Positions 1-8,770 of a stretch of DNA of 34,400 bases are shown one piece after another. This DNA comes from a virus (taxonomy: Duplodnaviria; Caudoviricetes). Where the stretch lies: positions 1-34,400 of IMG/VR virus record IMGVR_UViG_3300032323_002985, one strand, 5' to 3'. The position numbers and the translations under genes are program-made. The notes beneath the pieces are model-generated. The model was not told the DNA's origin. It made no database searches and saw nothing but the letters and a program-made list of their open reading frames with translations. Within the stretch, counting starts at the first letter, position 1. Each line of letters starts with the position of its first letter.

Positions 1-1302
1 GCTGCAGTTAAACGTGGTTTTGATAGAGCTCATTCACTTCCTTTGATTTCTGGAAATGTTGAAATGATGAAAACATTTTTTAAATCTGCATTACAAAAAG
101 GTCTAAGTGCATCTCAACCTTATGATTTGGTAGGTGAAATGGGTGAGGGTGTTAAAGCATATTGGGCTGGAGCTGTTATGGCAACTGCACCAATACCATT
201 ACAACCAGCTCCGGGTAGTACAGCCAATATACAAGTTACACAAAATCTTATTACTGATGTTGGAGTTTGGCAAAAACCACAATCATCAGTAAATACAGAA
301 CCAAATTTTGAATTGAGTAATGAAAGAAGAGCGGAAGTACAAGAACAATTAGAAAGAGCTACAACCAATCATACTAAAGCATTAGTAGAGAATAGACTTG
401 TTGATGCATCTACTTTAGAAGATGAAATAAATAAATGTGAATCTATATTAATTGAAAATGAGGAATATAGAATAACAATACCACCTGATGCAGTTAAGTT
501 AGGTACATTAGATAATATACCACAAAATACAGCACCAACACCTGCACCAGCAGCAACACCACAAACGCCAACTGAACCAACCACATCAGCACAAACACAA
601 ACTCAAGAAGAAACACAAACTCCAGAAGAAACGGATGCGGAATTAGAAGCATTTTTAGCAGGGCCTACAGCTGAACGAATAAGTGGTGGACAAAATGAAG
701 GATTTAAATGGAATCAGGGTAAACCATTTGTTCAAGGATTTAGAGCAGGTGGGGGTCCTGGTGGTTTTGGTGGTAGCTTTAATCAAACATATCCACCACC
801 AACATTTCCGCCAAACGCATCACTTGGTTTAAAAGCAGTATTAATTGCACAAAACGATGAAGCTAATGGGGTACGAGAAATTCCCAAAGAAAGTGATACT
901 GGGCATGCTAGAATACTACAAATGCATAAAAATGGTGGATGTAGTACTCCAAACCCTTGGTGCGCATGTGCTGTTACTACTTGGTGGCAGGAAGCTGGAG
1001 CAGTTATATCAGGTCATCCGAATAAAGCATACGTTCCAACTTGGGTTAAATGGGCTATTGATAATGGTAGATGGGTTAGTAAACTAGATGGAGCAAATCC
1101 AAATTATGTACCAAATGTTGGTGATGCAATTGTATATGGATGGGGAAGTATGAATAATGACCATGGTGGAATGGACCATATTGGATTAGTTTTAAAAGTA
1201 GATGGTAAAAAGGTATATGGTATCGATGGTAACTATTCAGCAGCAGTAACTACGCATTTAGCCAATCCAAAAACCATTAGAGGTTATATAATAATAGGAT
1301 AA
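1..1302 (+). CDS. Putative virion-associated peptidoglycan hydrolase with C-terminal CHAP domain (5'-truncated)
   Basis: Frame is open from base 1 (AAVKRGFDRAHSLPLISG...), so the true start lies upstream of the window. C-terminus has CHAP motifs PWCACAVTTWW (catalytic Cys), GDAIVY, DHIGLV (His) and IDGN, preceded by a Pro/Thr/Gln-rich linker. Confidence 0.85.
   Translation, partial: AAVKRGFDRAHSLPLISGNVEMMKTFFKSALQKGLSASQPYDLVGEMGEGVKAYWAGAVMATAPIPLQPAPGSTANIQVTQNLITDVGVWQKPQSSVNTEPNFELSNERRAEVQEQLERATTNHTKALVENRLVDASTLEDEINKCESILIENEEYRITIPPDAVKLGTLDNIPQNTAPTPAPAATPQTPTEPTTSAQTQTQEETQTPEETDAELEAFLAGPTAERISGGQNEGFKWNQGKPFVQGFRAGGGPGGFGGSFNQTYPPPTFPPNASLGLKAVLIAQNDEANGVREIPKESDTGHARILQMHKNGGCSTPNPWCACAVTTWWQEAGAVISGHPNKAYVPTWVKWAIDNGRWVSKLDGANPNYVPNVGDAIVYGWGSMNNDHGGMDHIGLVLKVDGKKVYGIDGNYSAAVTTHLANPKTIRGYIIIG
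634..756 (+). repeat. Copy 1 of a 123-bp/41-aa coding duplication
   Basis: Encodes DAELEAFLAGPTAERISGGQNEGFKWNQGKPFVQGFRAGGG; 38 of 41 aa identical to copy 2. Confidence 0.95.
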
Positions 1303-1312
1303 ATTAATTTAA

Positions 1313-2302
1313 GTGGCAGCAATACAACCAACAGATAATACGGGATTAATAGTAGATGAGTTTATATCTTATGCAACCAATCACTTAAATAGTGTTAAAG
1401 GTACGATATATACTGTATCAGTATATCCACCATTAGGAACTCCAAATATTGGTGTACTAAATTGGACTGGATATTCCGTTTCACCTGCAACTCGAACTAC
1501 AATAGTAACTCAAGATGATTTTAAACCCAAAGAAGATGTAGAGGAGCATAATTCAGTAAGACCAACACAAGAAGAAAGTATTCAAAATGGAACTAGTGAA
1601 GAAGAAATAGATGCAGAATTAGAAGCATTTTTAGCAGGACCTACGGTTGAACGAATAAGCGCTGGACAAAATGAAGCATTCAAATGGAATCAAGGTAAAC
1701 CATTTGTTCAAGGATTTAGAGCAGGTGGTGGATTCCCGCCAGGATTTACTGGAGCTACGAATGTTGATTTAGGTGCTTTAGATTTAAGTGCACCTTGGCT
1801 TCCATTAGCAGCTAAATTTATTGGTAAAAACGAAGGATTTACCGAATTTGCAACTTGGGATGTAAATGCTTATAGATTGGGATTTGGTTCTGATAAGATA
1901 TTAGGGACAGATGGTAAAGTACGAGATGTACAACCACCAGCATCATATTATAAACAAACAGGGGAAAGGATTCCTGCAAATGGCGATAGAACTACTGTTG
2001 AGGCTGCACTTAAAATGCTTGAATATGAATTAGCCGGTCCATATAAAAATAGATTAGTTGGTAATCAAGCATATCAAATCCCACAAGCAACTTTTGATGC
2101 ATTAAACAATAAACAAAAAGCTGCATTAATAAGTTATGTTTATAATGTGGGTAGTTTGAGAGTAGGTATAGCAACGGCAATTAAAGAAGGAAACTTAGCT
2201 TCAGCTGTAACACAAATACAAGCTGGGCCGGTAACCCCAGAAAGATATCGTCAGGGTTTACAAAGAAGAAGAAACGAAGAAGCAACCCTATTTAGTTCAT
2301 AA
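1313..2302 (+). CDS. Putative virion-associated lysozyme (GH24/phage lysozyme-like C-terminal domain)
   Basis: GTG start. NEGFTEFATWD gives E-x8-D; LNNKQKAALISYVYNVG and GLQRRRNEEATLF are typical GH24 C-terminal motifs. About 160 aa of N-terminal non-catalytic region. Confidence 0.85.
   Translation: MAAIQPTDNTGLIVDEFISYATNHLNSVKGTIYTVSVYPPLGTPNIGVLNWTGYSVSPATRTTIVTQDDFKPKEDVEEHNSVRPTQEESIQNGTSEEEIDAELEAFLAGPTVERISAGQNEAFKWNQGKPFVQGFRAGGGFPPGFTGATNVDLGALDLSAPWLPLAAKFIGKNEGFTEFATWDVNAYRLGFGSDKILGTDGKVRDVQPPASYYKQTGERIPANGDRTTVEAALKMLEYELAGPYKNRLVGNQAYQIPQATFDALNNKQKAALISYVYNVGSLRVGIATAIKEGNLASAVTQIQAGPVTPERYRQGLQRRRNEEATLFSS
1610..1732 (+). repeat. Copy 2 of a 123-bp/41-aa coding duplication
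   Basis: Encodes DAELEAFLAGPTVERISAGQNEAFKWNQGKPFVQGFRAGGG. Confidence 0.95.
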
Positions 2303-2323
2303 TTTTCAAAAATAACAATTCAA

Positions 2324-2331
2324 ATATTTAT
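2324..2331 (+). promoter_or_regulatory. ATATTTAT motif, putative phage late promoter
   Basis: Same octamer found in seven intergenic leaders. Confidence 0.6.
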
Positions 2332-2352
2332 AAACATAACAAATAATAAAGT

Positions 2353-2850
2353 ATGAATACGGACAAACTATTAAAAGCCATCCAAATTCTTATTAAAGAA
2401 GAACTTAAAGAACAATTACCTGCTTTAATTAAGGAAGGTGTGAAGGCTGAAATGAAAAAGATGTTAGCAGAGGGTAAACAACCTGCTAAACCAAAAACTA
2501 CTGGATTATCAATGGCTAAGGCTATGTTAGATGATGATATCATTGAAGAATCTGTATCTACAAATACAGCTCCTCAAAAACAATTTAGTAAAAACCCAAT
2601 GATTAATCAAATCCTTAATGAAACACGTGGTGGAATTCCACAAGGAGATGGGGGGTTTAGAACAATGAATTTTGGACAGGGTGATATGAGTTCAATAGTA
2701 GGTAGAACGGCAATTGCCGAAAAAATGGGTTATGGTGATTTAGCAAAAGGACCTCAACCAACTGGATTGGGTGTAAATACCGGAGTAGCTGAATTGGATA
2801 AAGCTTTTAACAGAGATTATTCTGAATTAGTAAAAAGATTTAAGAAGTAA
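2353..2850 (+). CDS. Hypothetical phage protein (165 aa)
   Basis: Clean ORF preceded by ATATTTAT; TAATG overlap with the next gene; helical N-terminus (IQILIKEELKEQL). Confidence 0.75.
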   Translation: MNTDKLLKAIQILIKEELKEQLPALIKEGVKAEMKKMLAEGKQPAKPKTTGLSMAKAMLDDDIIEESVSTNTAPQKQFSKNPMINQILNETRGGIPQGDGGFRTMNFGQGDMSSIVGRTAIAEKMGYGDLAKGPQPTGLGVNTGVAELDKAFNRDYSELVKRFKK

Positions 2851-3287
2851 TGGCAATTATATTAGGTAGAAAACCAATTATAGAAACTAAAGATTATGAA
2901 GACTATGCAGTTGGTTTAGCCTTGCCAATCCAAATAAGTAATGTTGCGTTTAGGCAAAATTACACGGAAATAGAACAACTTAAATCTAACATAAAAAATT
3001 TGTTATTAACAAAAAGAGGAGAACGATTAATGAATCCATTCTTTGGAACAGGTGTTGAAACTCTATTATTTGAACAAATAACAGATGATTTTGAAGACAG
3101 AGTTCAGGAAATAATAACAAATTCGGTTGAAAGATATATACCAAATATTAATATCGATGAGATAATTGTTGATATGAGTAATGAAAATAAAGATAAAAAT
3201 TTAGTGAATATATCATTGAAGTTTAGAAGTAGAAATACTGGAAATTCTGGTGAAGTATCAATGACAATTCAACAAACAGCACCATAA
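2850..3287 (+). CDS. Baseplate wedge / sheath-initiator protein, T4 gp25-like (GPW/gp25 family)
   Basis: QLKSNIKNLLLTKRGERLMNPFFGTGVETLLFE matches the gp25 signature (L.T..GER...P.FG..l..LLFE); 145 aa; lies directly upstream of a gp6-like gene. Confidence 0.92.
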   Translation: MAIILGRKPIIETKDYEDYAVGLALPIQISNVAFRQNYTEIEQLKSNIKNLLLTKRGERLMNPFFGTGVETLLFEQITDDFEDRVQEIITNSVERYIPNINIDEIIVDMSNENKDKNLVNISLKFRSRNTGNSGEVSMTIQQTAP

Positions 3288-3288
3288 T

Positions 3289-5319
3289 ATGAATCCAAAA
3301 CCTAATAATAAAATGTATAGCGGAAAGGATATAAAATATCTTAATAAAGATTTTTCTGCTTTTAGAGATAATTTAATAGAATTTGCAAAAACATATTTTC
3401 CAAAAACAAATACGGATTTTACGGAAGCATCTCCGGGTATGATGTTTATAGAGATGGCATCTTATATAGGAGATGTTTTATCATATTATGTAGATGATAC
3501 ATTTAAAGAATCATTATTAACAACAGCCGAAGACCAAGAAAATGTAATAGCATTAGCTCAATTTTTAGGATATAAACCAAAAGTAACATCACCATCAACA
3601 ACAACATTGGAAGTGTATCAACTTGTACCGGCTATTGGAAGTGGTGCAGCAAACACCATCGATGGTAAATATTTGTTGAGAATAAAGCAAGGTATGGTAA
3701 TTGAATCAAAAACCGATGCTATTAAATTCATAACTACTGATGTAATAGATTTTAGAGATGCTAATAATAGAGAGATTACAATATATAAAAGAGATGTAAA
3801 CACTGGAGACCCAACTTTATATCTTGTTAAAAAATATATACAAGCGATATCTGCAATTCCACAAGTAGCTACTTTTGATTTTGGTTCATACGAACCATTT
3901 GCAAATATAACTTTAGAAAATACTAATATTATAGAAATATATGATGTTAGAGATTCTAATGGTAACAAATATTATGAAGTTCCTTACTTAGCTCAAGAAA
4001 TGGTATTCTTAGATTACCCAAATACAGAATCAAACGATCCTGACCTTGTTCAATTTAAAGATAGCGTTCCTTATATTTTGAAAACTTTAAAAACACCTAG
4101 AAGATTTGTTTCTAAAGTTAATGCAGATTTTACAACAACTATACAATTTGGAGCTGGTGACCCAAATGCAAATGATGAACAATTAATTCCAAATCTTAAA
4201 AATGTAGGATTAGGATTACCTAATTCAATTAGTAGATTAGAAGAATCATTTGACCCAACTAATTTCTTAAAAACAAAAGCATACGGTATATCTCCATCGA
4301 ATACAACTATAACTGTTAAATATTATATTGGTGGTGGTGTTGCATCTAATGTAGAAGCTAATGAGATTACAAAAATAACATCTATTGAGTATGATAATGA
4401 TTATGCTGATTTAAACCAAGCACAAATAGGAACATACAATAGTTTAAAAAATACAGTAGCAATTAGTAATAGAATACCAGCAAATGGTGGTAGAGGAGCT
4501 GAAACAATTGAGGAAATTAGACAAAATGCATTAGGTAATTTTGGGGCTCAAAACAGAGCAGTTACATCAAAAGACTATCAGATTAGAGCATTATCAATGC
4601 CACCCAAATATGGTGCTATTTCAAAATGTTACGCAACGGCTGATGGTAAACTGGATAACAACTCACCATCATCTATTTTAGCATCACCAAATGCTTTGCA
4701 AGAATTTACTGATTTGGTAATGGGATTTATAGAAAGACCTGATTCCGATGAACCAACTAGAGCTACTGTTAATAACGAAATTCAAAGATTTTTAATTGGA
4801 AAAACATCTAATGAAAATGAGAAAAACAATCCATTTGCTATAAATTTATATATGTTAGGAATGGATACTTTTGGAAAATTAACACCGATTAATAGAGCGG
4901 TTAAAGAAAATTTAAAGACATATCTAAATGAATATAAAATATTAACGGATGGTGTTAATTTTTCCGATGGATTTATTATAAATATTGGTGTAGATTTTGA
5001 AATAATTTGTAATAGAAATGATAACAAATCGGAAGTGGTTACTAAATGTATAATAGAATTACAAAACTATTTTAACATAGATAATTGGTCTTTTAACCAA
5101 ACAATTAATTTAAGTGAAATAGAAGTATTGCTTGCAAACATTGAAGGAGTATCTTCTGTTACAAAACTTCAAATAGTAAATAAGTGTGGAGGTCAGTATT
5201 CACCAAATTCATACAATATAGAAGCTGCAACAAAAAATAAAGTGGTGTATCCATCGTTAGACCCTTCTATTTTTGAACTCAAGTTTCCAAATTCAGATAT
5301 AAAAGGGAGGGCAAGATAA
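3289..5319 (+). CDS. Baseplate wedge subunit, T4 gp6-like (baseplate J-related)
   Basis: YLNKDFSAFRDNLIEFAKTYFP, DFTEASPGMMFIEMASYIGDVLSYY, AQFLGYKP, IQFGAG, GGRGAETIEEIR and QNRAVTSKDY are characteristic gp6 motifs. Confidence 0.92.
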   Translation: MNPKPNNKMYSGKDIKYLNKDFSAFRDNLIEFAKTYFPKTNTDFTEASPGMMFIEMASYIGDVLSYYVDDTFKESLLTTAEDQENVIALAQFLGYKPKVTSPSTTTLEVYQLVPAIGSGAANTIDGKYLLRIKQGMVIESKTDAIKFITTDVIDFRDANNREITIYKRDVNTGDPTLYLVKKYIQAISAIPQVATFDFGSYEPFANITLENTNIIEIYDVRDSNGNKYYEVPYLAQEMVFLDYPNTESNDPDLVQFKDSVPYILKTLKTPRRFVSKVNADFTTTIQFGAGDPNANDEQLIPNLKNVGLGLPNSISRLEESFDPTNFLKTKAYGISPSNTTITVKYYIGGGVASNVEANEITKITSIEYDNDYADLNQAQIGTYNSLKNTVAISNRIPANGGRGAETIEEIRQNALGNFGAQNRAVTSKDYQIRALSMPPKYGAISKCYATADGKLDNNSPSSILASPNALQEFTDLVMGFIERPDSDEPTRATVNNEIQRFLIGKTSNENEKNNPFAINLYMLGMDTFGKLTPINRAVKENLKTYLNEYKILTDGVNFSDGFIINIGVDFEIICNRNDNKSEVVTKCIIELQNYFNIDNWSFNQTINLSEIEVLLANIEGVSSVTKLQIVNKCGGQYSPNSYNIEAATKNKVVYPSLDPSIFELKFPNSDIKGRAR

Positions 5320-6407
5320 TGGCATACTATTTTTTAACAGCATCAAAAGATGCAACGGTATATTTACAACAACCAAATCAAAACACTGGTTTGGATGAAA
5401 TATTGGAAGTTAGTAAAGTTTACTTTGGTAATGTAAAAGATGTATCTCATGCTTTACTAAAATTTGATTTAGGTTACCTATCTGCTTCGTTGGTAAATGG
5501 AAGTATTGGTATGGCTGAAGCAACATTGATGTTGAAAGAATCTCAAACTGAAGAAATACCATTAGAATATACTATACATGCAAATCCAATATCTGGCAGT
5601 TGGGAAATGGGAATTGGTACTAGATTTGATGCTATAACCACTAAGGGTGTTACTTGGAATTATAGAGAGGGTGATACAAAAGTAAATTGGTTAGATAATG
5701 ATTTTAACTCATTTACAACCGCAAGTATAAATGATGGAAGTGGTGGCACTTGGTGGACACGATATAGTGCATCTCAAAATTTTAATTATGAAAGAGGTGA
5801 TATCAATATGGATATTAAACCTTTTTTAAAAGTGTGGATGACTGGTTCTATTCCAAACGATGGATTAATGCTAAAATTTGCTAATTCAACTTTGTTTCCT
5901 GAAAACATAGAAAGTGATACGCAAGATTATGGAATATTAAGATTATTTAGTAAAGAAACTTTTACAATATACCAACCAAAAATTAGAGTAGGTTGGGATG
6001 ACCAATCATATATAACAGGTTCATTATTACCATTGACAGCTTCTGATATAAAAGTTGATGTTAGGAATTTTAAAAATGAATATAAAAAAGGTACTAATCC
6101 AAAAATAAGAATATTTGGTAGAGAACTATATCCTTTAAAAACATTTGCAAATCAATTTGCATATAATGATATAAAATATCTTCCACTAACAACATATTAT
6201 CAAATTAAAGACTTTGCATCGGATGATGTTATAATTCCTTTTAGTGAATATTCAAAAATTAGTTGTGATTTGGAAGGAAATTATATTAAATTAAATCTTT
6301 CAAATTGGGAAGTTGGTAGAGTTTATAAAATTGAATTTAAAGTAGATATGGATGGAGATGTAAAATATTATGATAATAAAATAACATTTAGCATTACAAA
6401 TAGTTAA
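5319..6407 (+). CDS. Putative virion protein with DNRLRE-like beta-sandwich domain
   Basis: KDATVY...NTGLDEILEV...HALLKFDL...ATLML...GSWEMG...VTWN...NDGLMLK...FSKE...PKI follows the DNRLRE-type pattern. TAATG-coupled to the gp6-like gene. Confidence 0.6.
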   Translation: MAYYFLTASKDATVYLQQPNQNTGLDEILEVSKVYFGNVKDVSHALLKFDLGYLSASLVNGSIGMAEATLMLKESQTEEIPLEYTIHANPISGSWEMGIGTRFDAITTKGVTWNYREGDTKVNWLDNDFNSFTTASINDGSGGTWWTRYSASQNFNYERGDINMDIKPFLKVWMTGSIPNDGLMLKFANSTLFPENIESDTQDYGILRLFSKETFTIYQPKIRVGWDDQSYITGSLLPLTASDIKVDVRNFKNEYKKGTNPKIRIFGRELYPLKTFANQFAYNDIKYLPLTTYYQIKDFASDDVIIPFSEYSKISCDLEGNYIKLNLSNWEVGRVYKIEFKVDMDGDVKYYDNKITFSITNS

Positions 6408-6408
6408 A

Positions 6409-7431
6409 ATGAGAAGAATACAAAACTCAGGATTACGAAACTTAAGTTTACTTGATGATATAAGTAAAAGTGGGTCTTTGGTTGTGCCTAAAACAAGCGA
6501 AAATTCGTATCAATTTAACGAAGAAAATGAATTAGATGGTGTAATTTTTGGAAAGTTATCAAATCCCAAATATAATGAAAATGATTTAATAAAATCAGTA
6601 GATACTCGTATATTTGAATTGATACCAGCCGAACCACCACCATTGGATGATGATGTTCCTAGGCCTGTTTATAATGAAGTAACACAATCAGTAATCGATT
6701 TGACTGAAGAAGTAATTAGATTAAATACAATAGTAGTTGATTTAACGGCTAAAGTTAGTGAATTAGAAATAGTTTCCGAAAGTTTAAGAGTTGATGTTGA
6801 TGCACAAAAAATATTAGTAGCATCATTTGAAAATCAATTAAATCAATCTAATGTAAAAATATCATCTACCGTTATTGATTTACAAAATTCTATACAAAGA
6901 GGTACTGCCGAAGCTATACAAAGAGTTTCTCTTACTGCTCGTAATCAATCATTAAAAGAACAAAACGACCAATATAGAGAAATATTAGAAGGTAAGCAAG
7001 CTAAAATTGCAGAAGGTGCAAAAGTTGGTATGGATTTCTCTGTTAAGAGTGTACAAAAGGGCTCACCTCAATTTGGTGATTTAACTTATAGAGCTAGAGC
7101 AAAAGATGATGGTAATGGACAATGGATAAATGGACCTGATGTTGAAGTTTATAATTTCTCAAGAGAACCAATAACACTTACATTTGAAGAAAGTGGACAG
7201 ACTATAGGTTCTTTTGAAAAAATTGCATCATTCACATTACAACCAAAGCAAACAAAGTTTTTCACTGTAAAAACAATCCCATCAAAAATAGATAGTTTCA
7301 GACCTTCAGCTGGTGTTACTTTATTGGGTGATACTGAATATAAAGGTAGCTTAATTGTTAAATCTCAAAAATCAAATGTAAATGTATCTGTTTCAATTCA
7401 AAAACAAGTTGGAACTAGTTGGAGTGGGTAA
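6409..7431 (+). CDS. Hypothetical structural protein with central coiled coil
   Basis: Heptad-like segment at about aa 90-200 followed by a beta-rich C-terminus; located in the baseplate operon. Confidence 0.65.
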   Translation: MRRIQNSGLRNLSLLDDISKSGSLVVPKTSENSYQFNEENELDGVIFGKLSNPKYNENDLIKSVDTRIFELIPAEPPPLDDDVPRPVYNEVTQSVIDLTEEVIRLNTIVVDLTAKVSELEIVSESLRVDVDAQKILVASFENQLNQSNVKISSTVIDLQNSIQRGTAEAIQRVSLTARNQSLKEQNDQYREILEGKQAKIAEGAKVGMDFSVKSVQKGSPQFGDLTYRARAKDDGNGQWINGPDVEVYNFSREPITLTFEESGQTIGSFEKIASFTLQPKQTKFFTVKTIPSKIDSFRPSAGVTLLGDTEYKGSLIVKSQKSNVNVSVSIQKQVGTSWSG

Positions 7432-7450
7432 TATTAATAAAAAATAAAAT

Positions 7451-8755
7451 ATGGCAGCATCGGGATTAAGAAATTTTAAAGAAATAATTCAAAACAAAGC
7501 TTATCGAATTAACCCAAATGATAGAAAAATATTTGAGCAAGGCGATTTACAGTCTTTTTTTGGATTAAGCGAAGATGATGTTATTGAATTTATTATGTAT
7601 GATTTTTCTGAAAATCAATTACCGCAAAAAAATAATGGTTTAGTTAGATATATATCTCTTACAACTGAAAATATAAGTGATTATTTTTTATTAGCTGAAG
7701 GTACTGTTTTAACCAAAAACAATTTACCATCTGAATATTTTATTGATGTTGAAAGATTGATAAAAGAAGCTGGATATGAAAATGGATTATTTAAAACACA
7801 AATTTCTCTTATAAATAAAAGACTTGGGTCTTATAAATTAGATGATAAAGTTTGGATTAGTGAGATATCACCATCCAGAACAGAACTTAGATTATTCCCA
7901 TTAGAAAAAAGTCCAAATATAGATGATATAAAAGAAAGATTTGGTATATTCTATAATAATGGTGATTTTAGAAATGACATAATTTATAATGCATTAAGAT
8001 TGGTTGAATCTATAAATCCTTCTGTAATTGATGATTTTATAAAAAATACATACGGACAGGGATGGTATGAAAAATTAAAAACGGAGTATAAAATTTTTAA
8101 TTTCGATTCATTTAGTGCTAACGTACATAAAAAATTTGTAGAATCTGCATATTATGAATTTACAAATAGAATATCCGATGTTAAAGATTTAAATTATGGT
8201 AAACCAAGAAAAACAAAACCAAGATTACAATTAGCAGAAAATACAATAGTAAAACGATTATCGGAACTTATTGTTAATTCTATTAATTTTTATTTATCTC
8301 AAAAAGACGAACAATTATCCGCTACATCTATAAATGCTAATATTGCTAGTATGGATGATGCGACAGCTATATTACAATCAAAATCATCTGATATACAAAT
8401 TGATACTAAAGTACCTGAACTTAAAACAGTTATAATAGAAAAGCCAACACAAAGCGAAAAGAAATTACAATTTAAGAAAAAGATAGCAGTAGAGTTTCCA
8501 ACAGATACTCCACCTGAAGTGATTGTACAGCCTGTTGAAGTAGAAAATCCAAAAACTGGAGAAATTAAAACAATAGAAGTACCACCTGATAATGATATTG
8601 ATGTATTACCAATTGTAATAGAAACACCTGGTCCATCTACTGGTGGTGGTGGAGGTGGTGGTTTCACTGGTGGTGGTTTTACCGAAATTGATCGTGGTGA
8701 TGGTAGAATTGGCAGAGATAGAATTTACGAAGGTGGTAGAGAAAATATACAATAA
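7451..8755 (+). CDS. Hypothetical baseplate-module protein (434 aa)
   Basis: Long ORF with WISEISPSRTELRL; Pro/Glu-rich and then Gly-rich C-terminal tail. Confidence 0.7.
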   Translation: MAASGLRNFKEIIQNKAYRINPNDRKIFEQGDLQSFFGLSEDDVIEFIMYDFSENQLPQKNNGLVRYISLTTENISDYFLLAEGTVLTKNNLPSEYFIDVERLIKEAGYENGLFKTQISLINKRLGSYKLDDKVWISEISPSRTELRLFPLEKSPNIDDIKERFGIFYNNGDFRNDIIYNALRLVESINPSVIDDFIKNTYGQGWYEKLKTEYKIFNFDSFSANVHKKFVESAYYEFTNRISDVKDLNYGKPRKTKPRLQLAENTIVKRLSELIVNSINFYLSQKDEQLSATSINANIASMDDATAILQSKSSDIQIDTKVPELKTVIIEKPTQSEKKLQFKKKIAVEFPTDTPPEVIVQPVEVENPKTGEIKTIEVPPDNDIDVLPIVIETPGPSTGGGGGGGFTGGGFTEIDRGDGRIGRDRIYEGGRENIQ

Positions 8756-8756
8756 A

Positions 8757-8764
8757 ATATTTAT
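8757..8764 (+). promoter_or_regulatory. ATATTTAT motif, putative phage late promoter
   Basis: Occupies most of a 15-nt intergenic gap. Confidence 0.55.
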
Positions 8765-8770
8765 TAAGTA

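Noticed and set aside
634-1732. Duplicated block as a diversity-generating retroelement TR/VR pair
   Set aside because: Differences are not confined to adenines of one copy, both copies are mid-gene coding sequence, and no reverse transcriptase is present in the window.
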